From IMG/VR virus record IMGVR_UViG_3300037183_000048, positions 1 through 46,312 of that record: a DNA stretch of 46,312 bases; one strand, 5' to 3'. A program made the position numbers and the translations under genes. Below are positions 1-8,016 of the stretch, in pieces. How positions within the stretch are numbered: position 1 is the first letter of the stretch; every line of letters begins with the position of its first letter. The DNA is from a virus. Taxonomy: Duplodnaviria; Caudoviricetes. Below the pieces are notes generated by a model. The model saw only the letters and a list, made by a program, of their open reading frames with translations, was not told where the DNA came from and searched no databases.

Positions 1-1564
1 CCGCGACCGATCCAAATGTCGGGATAGTAGCGTCTCCGATGTTGCCGTAACGTGCGTTTGCAGTCGTGACCTGAGCAAAGGTGTAGTTGCTGCTGTCGAG
101 CGTGAGCATGGTGGCGTTCGACGTAATGCCAGATCCAGGCAGCGACGACAGTCCGCCGTGGCGGAATTTAGCCGCAGCCGCGAACAGGAACGGGCAGGTG
201 TTCCCGGCGCCGCCTGACTTCACCAGGGCGAGCGTAGAATCGTCGTACAGGAAGATGCTCGACGGCCCTGAGTAGTCGTAGAAGTAGCACGCAACGTTGG
301 TCCACACGCCGCCGCTGTTGATTAGGATTCCATTGCAAATAAACGCTGTCACCGTTCCAGAAAGTCCACTTTGCATGGCGATAGCGCACTCAGGTCGAAC
401 AACCGCGTACATGCCCCCCATAATGTGCCTGGCTAAGTCGGCTGCACCTGGATGAACCGAAACGTCGGTGATTGCGACATCAGTACCGCCATTGGCAGCG
501 CCTCTGCAATTTGCAAGCACGGAAGCCCCGCGAACGGTGAACCCGTCGAATGAGCAGTTTTTCCAATACGTACGCCTTGACCACGAAGCTGGGTGACCAT
601 TGCTGCTCTGCACGTCAGCGTTTTGCACGCACACGTTGAGCAGTGGGTTCCAGTTGAGGTTATACATCTTCGGCATTTGATAGCAGGCGTACGCGTCTCC
701 TGAGGTCAGTACCACGTCAGCGCCACCGTTAGCTGGCTGGTCGCCGATGTTGATAGGACTGTTGGCCGTCCCGCACGTCATGTTCGTCGGGATGCTGATC
801 TGTAGCGTCTTGGTGCCCAGGTCGCTCCAGGCGAAGCAATTGGCCTGGGCGGCTGAGTGCGTGAACTGAATTAGCACACCCTTGGCGAGAATACCCGACG
901 CCGTGATACTCACAGGTATGGCGCTATCGGCGAACTTGTACCGAACTCCAGTGTTTGGCAGGTCGGCGGTGACGGCTGTCGTTAGTGCGCTTGTGATGGT
1001 GCCAGAATAGAACGCACTGCCCATCTGAAAGATGATCTGAAACTGTCCGCCAGCAGGGGTGTAGTTCCAATAGGCTACGTCACCAGAGTCCATATCACCC
1101 TGTATAACCACTAGACGCGTACTCGACAAAACTGCCCCGTTGGTTCGGAACGCGTGCTCACGGCAAGTCTTCAGCGGCGAGCCAATTGTGCCGTCGCCGG
1201 TCTCGTCATTTCCAGTTGAGAAGTTGACGTAAGCCCCGGCAAGCGATGCAATCGAAGCTAGGTTGGGCTTATTGTCGCGAACCCAGAAACCGCCACCCGT
1301 GGCTGCTACGCGGTAGATGCCATCGGCTGAGCCGCCGCCGGTCTTGTCGTACCAGTACATCCAATGCAGGCTCGTGACGTAGGCTTCGCCCGAGCTTTGC
1401 CCGGTCATGTCGTGGGCAGCGAGTAGGGCGACCGTATTGTATTGGGCCGTGAGCCCGGTGAAGCTTGCAGCCAGGGTTGCGGACGCTGCCGCCGCCACGG
1501 CGCTAGCTGCCGCATTAGCTGCTGAGTTAGACGCCGAAATGTCTCCTAGCACCGTTGCTGACAT
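1..1564 (-). CDS. Tail spike/fibre-like beta-helix protein, ~525 aa, spanning the contig junction (5' part; absent from ORF track)
   Basis: ATG at 1564 (MSATVLGDISAS...); YVNFSTGNDETGDGTIGSPLKT motif typical of beta-helix N-termini; frame continues through the overlap to TAA at 46113-46115. Confidence 0.8.
   Translation of the reverse strand, partial: MSATVLGDISASNSAANAAASAVAAAASATLAASFTGLTAQYNTVALLAAHDMTGQSSGEAYVTSLHWMYWYDKTGGGSADGIYRVAATGGGFWVRDNKPNLASIASLAGAYVNFSTGNDETGDGTIGSPLKTCREHAFRTNGAVLSSTRLVVIQGDMDSGDVAYWNYTPAGGQFQIIFQMGSAFYSGTITSALTTAVTADLPNTGVRYKFADSAIPVSITASGILAKGVLIQFTHSAAQANCFAWSDLGTKTLQISIPTNMTCGTANSPINIGDQPANGGADVVLTSGDAYACYQMPKMYNLNWNPLLNVCVQNADVQSSNGHPASWSRRTYWKNCSFDGFTVRGASVLANCRGAANGGTDVAITDVSVHPGAADLARHIMGGMYAVVRPECAIAMQSGLSGTVTAFICNGILINSGGVWTNVACYFYDYSGPSSIFLYDDSTLALVKSGGAGNTCPFLFAAAAKFRHGGLSSLPGSGITSNATMLTLDSSNYTFAQVTTANARYGNIGDATIPTFGSVA
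60..186 (+). repeat. Exact 127-bp terminal direct repeat, left copy (assembly overlap)
   Basis: Identical to 46186-46312; bases 1-59 also align to 46127-46185 with 6 mismatches. Confidence 0.95.
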
Positions 1565-1570
1565 TTGCGC

Positions 1571-2107
1571 CTAGGTGTTCTTGATCGTCTCTAGCGACGT
1601 ATAGTTGAAATTACCCGTCAACGTCCCCACGACCAAAATATCGATTTCGGTGATTGCAGTGGTCTGAAGGAACCCTCCAGAGATATCGTAATTGGTGACA
1701 ACGCCAGTGCCGGTGTTGAATGTGCTAGCCCATCCGCCTACGCGGCGCTGCTTACCTGATATTGGGTTCTGAATCTCAAGCTTGAACCACAGGTCGCCAC
1801 CGTTGGCGATCGCATCGGCGCCTATGATATACACCTTGTCCGTGGCGGCTCCATTGCCTGCGGCTGGAGTTGTCGGCGTCGCCAGTAATGCACCGTCGTA
1901 GTGCGTATTGTAGTGACCGGCGGTCGTGTCTCCGTTGAACCCTAGATAAAGAGCGGAGCCGCCAGCAGTGAACGTAACTTGACCGCGTACGATCCACGAG
2001 ACGATGTGCTGGTCTTCGCCGTAAACAGGGAACACCAATTGCGGTGCAGCGGATGAGCCGCTGTACAGAACCGGCTGGCGGATGTCGCCTGTGACCAGGG
2101 CGGACAT
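1571..2107 (-). CDS. Putative virion/tail accessory protein
   Basis: 178 aa, beta-rich T/G/A composition, LYLGFNGDTTAGHY motif seen in fibre distal domains; TAATG coupling. Confidence 0.6.
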   Translation of the reverse strand: MSALVTGDIRQPVLYSGSSAAPQLVFPVYGEDQHIVSWIVRGQVTFTAGGSALYLGFNGDTTAGHYNTHYDGALLATPTTPAAGNGAATDKVYIIGADAIANGGDLWFKLEIQNPISGKQRRVGGWASTFNTGTGVVTNYDISGGFLQTTAITEIDILVVGTLTGNFNYTSLETIKNT

Positions 2108-2544
2108 TACCCGTTGCCACGCTCCGACGTGTCACCCATCAAAGACCAACGAAACGTAGTCAGAACGTTGGCGCTATTGACGTAGCGGCATCGCAACTCA
2201 GCGCCCGACACCTTGGTATACACCTTGGTGTAAGTCGTCGCTGGGATGGTGGTGCTTTGGAGATTATCCCACGTCACACCACCGTCGTTAGACTCGTCTA
2301 CTTGGTATCCATTGGCGGCGCTGGCAGCCGATGAAAAGATGTCGAATACGAGCATCTTGAAGCGAAAGCCCTTGCCGGCAATCACAGTCCTGAGCCCCGT
2401 GATTCCAACTTCTAGCGTCGAGAACAGAGTTACCGTCTCGCCATTGCCGGGCTGGGTCGACCCGAAAGTGCCCAACGTATCGTTGAACAGAACGGTTCCG
2501 GTTCGCCCAAAGCTGATGTATCCATTTGGATTCTGAGATGACAT
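2107..2544 (-). CDS. Putative virion protein
   Basis: 145 aa, VDESNDGGVTW (S-x-D-G-x-x-W) motif, in the structural operon. Confidence 0.55.
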   Translation of the reverse strand: MSSQNPNGYISFGRTGTVLFNDTLGTFGSTQPGNGETVTLFSTLEVGITGLRTVIAGKGFRFKMLVFDIFSSAASAANGYQVDESNDGGVTWDNLQSTTIPATTYTKVYTKVSGAELRCRYVNSANVLTTFRWSLMGDTSERGNG

Positions 2545-2553
2545 GGGTTCCCT

Positions 2554-3837
2554 TTACGCAAATTCAGTTATGACGACCACACCAACAGTACCTGCGCCGC
2601 CGGCAACGGCTGCCCCGCCGTTGACAGTGGTGCCGCCAGCCCCACCGGACCCGTTTCCCAGCCCAGCCGCACCTGCACCTTGCGCCGTTGAGCCGACGCC
2701 CCCGCCGCCAACGAGGCAAGATCCGCCGGCACCTGACACGCCTACGGACGCCGCCAGGGTAATACCAGGTGCACCAGGAGCCCCCGTGGCATTGACCGTA
2801 CCATTAGTCGAAATAGCTCCCGCCGCGCCGCCAGCCGCCGTCTTGAGCGATCCGCCGGTCATGCCAACGCCCCCGAGCCCACCGAATGCCGTGCAAAGCG
2901 TCGTGCCGTCTGTGAATGTGGTGTTGCCGCCGGTTCCGCCAGTGGCTCCCGTAGCTGCTCCAGCAGTCCCTGCCACGCCAATGGCGACAGTGCCGGTTCC
3001 GCCACCGACGATGGCATACTTTCGGAGAAAGTAACCCCCCGCCGCGCCACCGCCACCGCACGCTTCTGACGTAGCGACTGATGTAGTGCCGCCGCCGCCG
3101 CCACCAGAGCCCCATCCCTCGACCACCTGAGACTTTGTGCCGGCCGTAGCTGTATAGGTTCCGCTAGCGGCAATGCGTTGTACGCCAATAACCACGTCGG
3201 GCAGCTGCGCCTGCGTGGCCGTGCCTGAAATGTTAGAAAATGCAGGCTGCGCCAATACGCTGGTGCCATCGTCCGCGATCGACGTTAGCCATTGGTTAGC
3301 TACAGCTGCTTTTGTCTGGATCCCATGGTTCACAACACCGGCGTCGTTCTTAATTGCGAGATTCTTTGATGTAGAATCTTCGTATACTGAACCCCTGCCA
3401 GCGCTCGGGGTGCCAGGCGCTACGATGCCAGTGAATGCAATTTGCCCCGCTGCCAACGTACCGTCAGGTATAGATCCAGTCAGGTCTGAATATGCCGGCT
3501 GGCTTAGAACTGAAGACCCGTCATCTGCGATTGAAGTGAGCCACTGATGACCAACGGCTGCTTTCGTTTGGACACCGTGGTTGATGACGCCAGCATCGTT
3601 TTTAGACGCCAGGTTCTTACTGGTTGAGTCAACGTATTGAACAGCCTTCCCAGCTGCAGGAGTACCCGGTGCAGTAATTGCCGTTGTGATTACGTCTCCG
3701 GAATGGGTGAAATGCGTCGGCGCGTTCACATTGGTCGCTGCTTGCGAACCTGCGCCCGGACCGGCGGTTACATCGCCAGTTAGCTGCGTAATGCCACCTC
3801 CCGCTGCGGGGATGGCAGTATCGACTACGGTTGCCAT
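2554..3837 (-). CDS. Glycine-rich tail fibre protein with internal duplication
   Basis: QLTGDVTAGPG motif, two ~68-aa repeats 84 aa apart, C-terminal Gly-rich domain (SGTYT...GGGGGG...GVVVITEF). Confidence 0.75.
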   Translation of the reverse strand: MATVVDTAIPAAGGGITQLTGDVTAGPGAGSQAATNVNAPTHFTHSGDVITTAITAPGTPAAGKAVQYVDSTSKNLASKNDAGVINHGVQTKAAVGHQWLTSIADDGSSVLSQPAYSDLTGSIPDGTLAAGQIAFTGIVAPGTPSAGRGSVYEDSTSKNLAIKNDAGVVNHGIQTKAAVANQWLTSIADDGTSVLAQPAFSNISGTATQAQLPDVVIGVQRIAASGTYTATAGTKSQVVEGWGSGGGGGGTTSVATSEACGGGGAAGGYFLRKYAIVGGGTGTVAIGVAGTAGAATGATGGTGGNTTFTDGTTLCTAFGGLGGVGMTGGSLKTAAGGAAGAISTNGTVNATGAPGAPGITLAASVGVSGAGGSCLVGGGGVGSTAQGAGAAGLGNGSGGAGGTTVNGGAAVAGGAGTVGVVVITEFA

Positions 3838-4173
3838 TTACGGATCGATCGACTGCTTTCCGCCGATCTTCTCGCGCGTGGTTCCCGACTTCGAGTAAGA
3901 CGAATTGCTGGTCATCGTCTTGCCGTTCTTGCCGGTTGAGCCGCCGTCCTTACCCATCGAACCAAACAAGGTCGAGCCTTTCGACTTGACTCCCATCGAT
4001 CCCATGAGTTTCGTCTTTTCACCACCACGGGCGATTCGTCCGCCCATGAGGTTTGATTTGTCTTGTGGCATTCGATTCATCTCCGGTTTGTCGAGACTCG
4101 TAACGACCTTGTCGGCCGCCACTACATTTGTGGAACGTTCCAGGCGCTGTTGAGATTTGGATGCGAACGGCAT
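3838..4173 (-). CDS. Small basic protein with MPFxSKxQxR N-terminus
   Basis: N-terminal motif recurrent in small phage proteins; K/G/S/M-rich tail. Confidence 0.6.
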   Translation of the reverse strand: MPFASKSQQRLERSTNVVAADKVVTSLDKPEMNRMPQDKSNLMGGRIARGGEKTKLMGSMGVKSKGSTLFGSMGKDGGSTGKNGKTMTSNSSYSKSGTTREKIGGKQSIDP

Positions 4174-4185
4174 GGTTTTATCCTA

Positions 4186-5901
4186 TCACGGACCTTGACT
4201 TTGGTCCTCGTCTTGTTTTGGAGGCTTCCCGAATATGACCGCGATGCTATGGGCGTCAGCCATCCGTTTGGCCTGGGCCGCCTGTGCCATCTGCTGCATG
4301 AGGTGTGGCATCTGTGGCTCTGCGGCGATGGCAGCCTCGGCGGGTTTGTAGAGCAGTCGCCCGTTGGCTGCCTGTAGGTTGGACAGCCCAAGGTCGATAG
4401 CCTTGTGCCCTAGGCTGCGTTTACCAGCCGCCGTGGCTTGGATTAGGTTGTCCATCGAGTGACCGCCGCCAAGGCCAAACGACAACGTGTCCTTGGCGCG
4501 CAGTAAGTCGGGCGCATCGATCTGGCGACCAAGTTCTGGGTGCCGCAGACGAAACTGCTGGAGTGCTCCTGGCGCCAATCGACTACCAGCGGCTTCGGCA
4601 TCATTTCCAGCGCTACGTAGTGCCAGCGCAACGGCCTTGTCTTCGGCGGTGACGCTTTTGCCAGGCTTCGCCTTGAGGCCCAGCAATTGGCGATCGGTGC
4701 GCATCTCACCCATGCCTTCGCTGTAAATCTGATTCGGCTTCGCATACGGACCTTCGTCTACAAGGCTGCGTGCAGTAGCTGCAATCTCCTTGAACGCACG
4801 GTCTCGCGTCGATCCGGTACCTGGGCCGCCGGGAACGCCGTAGTCAGCCAGATCCTGATAACGACCGCGAATGTCGTTCAGGCTTCGCTCGGTCGTGAAC
4901 ACACGACCATCGGGAGCGCGAAGCGCATCCAGTCGATCGAGTTCAGCCTTAAGGTGCGGAACCACGTGCGTAGGTGTGCGATCCGAATAGGCCAATTCGG
5001 CGATCTTGGACCGCAGCGGCGTGATGTCGCGCAGTTGATCGGCTGGAGCGCCAACGGGAACCTGCGGCGGAATCTCTCGCGGCGCCATCGCCGAATGAAT
5101 CGATACGCGCTGAGTTTCAGTGTTCACGGGCGGCGGCATCGGAGAAGGCCGGCGGGATGCGTATTCAGAACGCATCTGGTTCATTTTCTGCTCGCCCTCT
5201 GGGCCTGCCCACTTGTTCTGAGTGATGGCGGTAGGCTCATTCGACATCGAACGAACGGGAACGCCACCCGTGTCGGCAGCTTCGTCTGGCAGCGGCGAGC
5301 GCCATGGGCCTGGCGGACGCGGCGGCGCAGCCGGTGGTTCGGTCTCCACCATGTTGCGAGCAGCGCGCGATGGGGCGCCGTAGTTGGTCTCAAACTGTGC
5401 CGCTAATTCTTCGCGAATCTTCTGTGCAGAGCTTCGGCTAACAGCACCAAGGGCATTGCGAGACGGCGTGATTCCTTCGGTCTCTGGGATTCCTGACTGC
5501 GGAGTCCTGACGCCAACCGTACCGCCGTGTGCCTCTGTCAAGTCGCGTGCTGCTGCACCTTCGCTGCCCTTGATCAGTCTGCCAAGTGCGCCAATGCCTT
5601 TGCCGATAGCCATTCCGGCAAGCTCACCACCGACGGAGCCAGCGCCGAATTTCGCGAAGTCACGTGCCTCCTCGGACGGCAGCTTGAATTGATATCCCTC
5701 GGGCGGCTTGTTGCCGGCCGCCAAGTAGTCTTTGTAGTCCTGGCCAGTTTTAATATCGCCCACATCGATATCGCCATGCCACTTCGAATCGGACACAGCC
5801 GGGGTCGACGAACGAACCTCTTTCAGCTTCGCAACGATGTCATCGTCCGAATAGCCGTTCTCTCGCATCAGCTGCGCGAGTTTCGCAGGATCGCCAGCCA
5901 T
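4186..5901 (-). CDS. Putative internal virion/DNA ejection protein
   Basis: 571 aa, helical A/G-rich, positioned after the tail hub in podovirus gene order. Confidence 0.6.
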   Translation of the reverse strand: MAGDPAKLAQLMRENGYSDDDIVAKLKEVRSSTPAVSDSKWHGDIDVGDIKTGQDYKDYLAAGNKPPEGYQFKLPSEEARDFAKFGAGSVGGELAGMAIGKGIGALGRLIKGSEGAAARDLTEAHGGTVGVRTPQSGIPETEGITPSRNALGAVSRSSAQKIREELAAQFETNYGAPSRAARNMVETEPPAAPPRPPGPWRSPLPDEAADTGGVPVRSMSNEPTAITQNKWAGPEGEQKMNQMRSEYASRRPSPMPPPVNTETQRVSIHSAMAPREIPPQVPVGAPADQLRDITPLRSKIAELAYSDRTPTHVVPHLKAELDRLDALRAPDGRVFTTERSLNDIRGRYQDLADYGVPGGPGTGSTRDRAFKEIAATARSLVDEGPYAKPNQIYSEGMGEMRTDRQLLGLKAKPGKSVTAEDKAVALALRSAGNDAEAAGSRLAPGALQQFRLRHPELGRQIDAPDLLRAKDTLSFGLGGGHSMDNLIQATAAGKRSLGHKAIDLGLSNLQAANGRLLYKPAEAAIAAEPQMPHLMQQMAQAAQAKRMADAHSIAVIFGKPPKQDEDQSQGP

Positions 5902-7610
5902 CAGAAACCAGCCTGCTTCAGCAAGTCATCAATTGGGGCTTGACCGGTCTTCTTCTGCGCAGCGCCTTGCAACTGCGACCCGACGCTTGGCGAACGGTTC
6001 CCTTTCGTCTCATTCAACTGCTTACTGCGCTCGGCTTCCTTGATCATGTTGTCGAGGTTCTCGACGGTGATCATGGGGCGTTTGGCGTTCTCAATTGGAC
6101 CTACGCCGTGTCCACCCATTTCCTGAAACTCAAGCTGAGTCGTCATGTTCGACTGCGGTCGAGACTCCATTTGCTTCAAGAACGACGACAGCTTGGTGTA
6201 GAGACGAATGCGCTCGCGACCGGCATCTGTACGGTCAGCCATCGGCATGAGCATTGAGCCGTTCTTGGCGATGTCGTCACGCAGGGCCTTGGCGATTGGA
6301 ACGAATTGGTCAGTTGCGATCGCGGCCTTGTTAATCCCGCGCTTCTCGGCATTGCTGCCTGCGGTAGCGGTCGGATTCCCTTGGTCGTCGTATGTGGTCT
6401 GATTCGCCAACTTGTTAGGCAGGCGACCCATGGCGGTAATAGCGCGAACCGGGTCCGGGATCTGATCGGGGTACTGGGAAGCGATTTTGATCGCCCCTTC
6501 CTGATCGTCGGGATGCTGCTGGATGTACTGAGCAACGGCGTTGGTGCCTTCACCGGGCTTCGCAGACGCCCGACCGGCGGCGCCACGCGAACCAGCGTTC
6601 ATCCCGGCGACGCGTTCGTGCGACTTTCGATTTGCTTCGTCCCGCGCTTGGATCTCAGCGGCGGTCAACGAATACTCTCGCTTCTGCGCTTCGCGCTCTT
6701 GCTTGTCGACGGCTGCCTTGACTAGCTGAGTGACCAGCGATTCGTTGCCGGTCTGTGCAGCGGCCTTGATCGCTTCGCTGTATCCACCAAGATCACCCAA
6801 TGCGGTGAACGGTGCAAGCTTCTTGCTCTTTTCCGCTTCAGCGCGCTTCTCGTTCTCACCGTAGATGTTCGGGTCAATGACGTAAGTACCGTATTGACTG
6901 CGGGCCGTCCACGTAGGGAGTCGAGACGGCGCATCCGCCGGCGGGATCGGTCGATTGTCGTCTTGTAGCTTGTCGATGTTCGACTTAGGCGCTGGCGCTA
7001 GATTGATTGGGCCGCCCGGGTCCGATTCACCGAGACGTTTGCGAATACCACCCGCCTTGTCTTCTGGTGGCGAAACAACCTTGCCGTTCTGAATCCAGCT
7101 CCCCTCTTTCGCGCCGGGCGGCAACGCATGGACCGGAATCGCCTCCTCTGAACCCTTTTCGCCTAGAAGTACAGCGTGATCACCTTCAATTCGGTCGACG
7201 AAATGACGAATGTCCAGTGATCCGTACTTTTGTCGATCGCCGTGCGGCACCGCAGAGCCAGAGATTTCACGGCCGCCGCTCCTGCGGAACTTGTCCATGT
7301 CGACGTTGACGCCCTGGCCGCTGAGCCCAGCTAGCATCTGTTCGTTTTGCATCCCAGGATGCTGGTCAGCCTGCGCGAGCATTTTAGCGATATCAGGTGC
7401 AATGCCGGGTATAGCATGAACCACGGTGGGTCCGCGCGAAGAGGCAGCCACATTGGCGGGAGGCAACTTCACATGACTTGGAATCGCGGTACGCGGACGA
7501 GGTGGCGTCTGGAAGTCGTCAATACTGGGAGCGTTCGGATCTTCGCCCAATGGAGCGCCAGCATTGGGTCCATTGGGGTTATCGCCGTCAAACTGTACCA
7601 AGCCAGCCAT
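5901..7610 (-). CDS. Putative ejection protein containing a DUF3006-like insert
   Basis: 569 aa; position; internal FVDRIEGDHAVLL...IPVHALPPGAKEG segment. Confidence 0.6.
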   Translation of the reverse strand: MAGLVQFDGDNPNGPNAGAPLGEDPNAPSIDDFQTPPRPRTAIPSHVKLPPANVAASSRGPTVVHAIPGIAPDIAKMLAQADQHPGMQNEQMLAGLSGQGVNVDMDKFRRSGGREISGSAVPHGDRQKYGSLDIRHFVDRIEGDHAVLLGEKGSEEAIPVHALPPGAKEGSWIQNGKVVSPPEDKAGGIRKRLGESDPGGPINLAPAPKSNIDKLQDDNRPIPPADAPSRLPTWTARSQYGTYVIDPNIYGENEKRAEAEKSKKLAPFTALGDLGGYSEAIKAAAQTGNESLVTQLVKAAVDKQEREAQKREYSLTAAEIQARDEANRKSHERVAGMNAGSRGAAGRASAKPGEGTNAVAQYIQQHPDDQEGAIKIASQYPDQIPDPVRAITAMGRLPNKLANQTTYDDQGNPTATAGSNAEKRGINKAAIATDQFVPIAKALRDDIAKNGSMLMPMADRTDAGRERIRLYTKLSSFLKQMESRPQSNMTTQLEFQEMGGHGVGPIENAKRPMITVENLDNMIKEAERSKQLNETKGNRSPSVGSQLQGAAQKKTGQAPIDDLLKQAGF

Positions 7611-8008
7611 TAGTATCCCTGCGGGGTCATCAATCCATTGCCAAAGTCAGGCTGTTGCGGCTGGTCCTGTGACAACTCAATCCCGTGCGCATGGGCGTAC
7701 CCAGGAGCCAGGGTCGGGTTGTAACCGGGCGACTGCGGGTTCAAAAGCGTGGTGTGTAGGTACTGCATAGCTTCGTCATGAAGCTGCTGCGACTGAGCAT
7801 CCTGGCCAGACTTCGCCTTGGAAGCGATGGCATTGGACTCACCGATCTTGGCCTTGTCAGATGCGCTGGTGGGGCCGCCAATGGCGGACATCCCGCCAGT
7901 GGCGTATGCCTCGCCTGCCTTGACCAGCAAGTCCTTGATCGAGTTGTTGCCGTCAATCTTGGCCTGCTCGCCTGACTTGTCGTAGTTGATATACGGTAGG
8001 ATTGCCAT
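7610..8008 (-). CDS. Putative small ejection/internal virion protein
   Basis: 132 aa, GEAYATGGMSAIGG segment, coupled within the operon. Confidence 0.5.
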   Translation of the reverse strand: MAILPYINYDKSGEQAKIDGNNSIKDLLVKAGEAYATGGMSAIGGPTSASDKAKIGESNAIASKAKSGQDAQSQQLHDEAMQYLHTTLLNPQSPGYNPTLAPGYAHAHGIELSQDQPQQPDFGNGLMTPQGY

Positions 8009-8016
8009 TGCTACTC

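Noticed and set aside
1-186. DGR template/variable repeat pair (4 of 6 mismatches are A on the coding strand in one copy)
   Set aside because: No reverse transcriptase in the genome, changes are mostly synonymous, two are not at A, and the copies are the two ends of the same gene.
60-186. Biological direct terminal repeat
   Set aside because: It falls mid-gene and is exactly 127 bp, a common assembler k-mer length.
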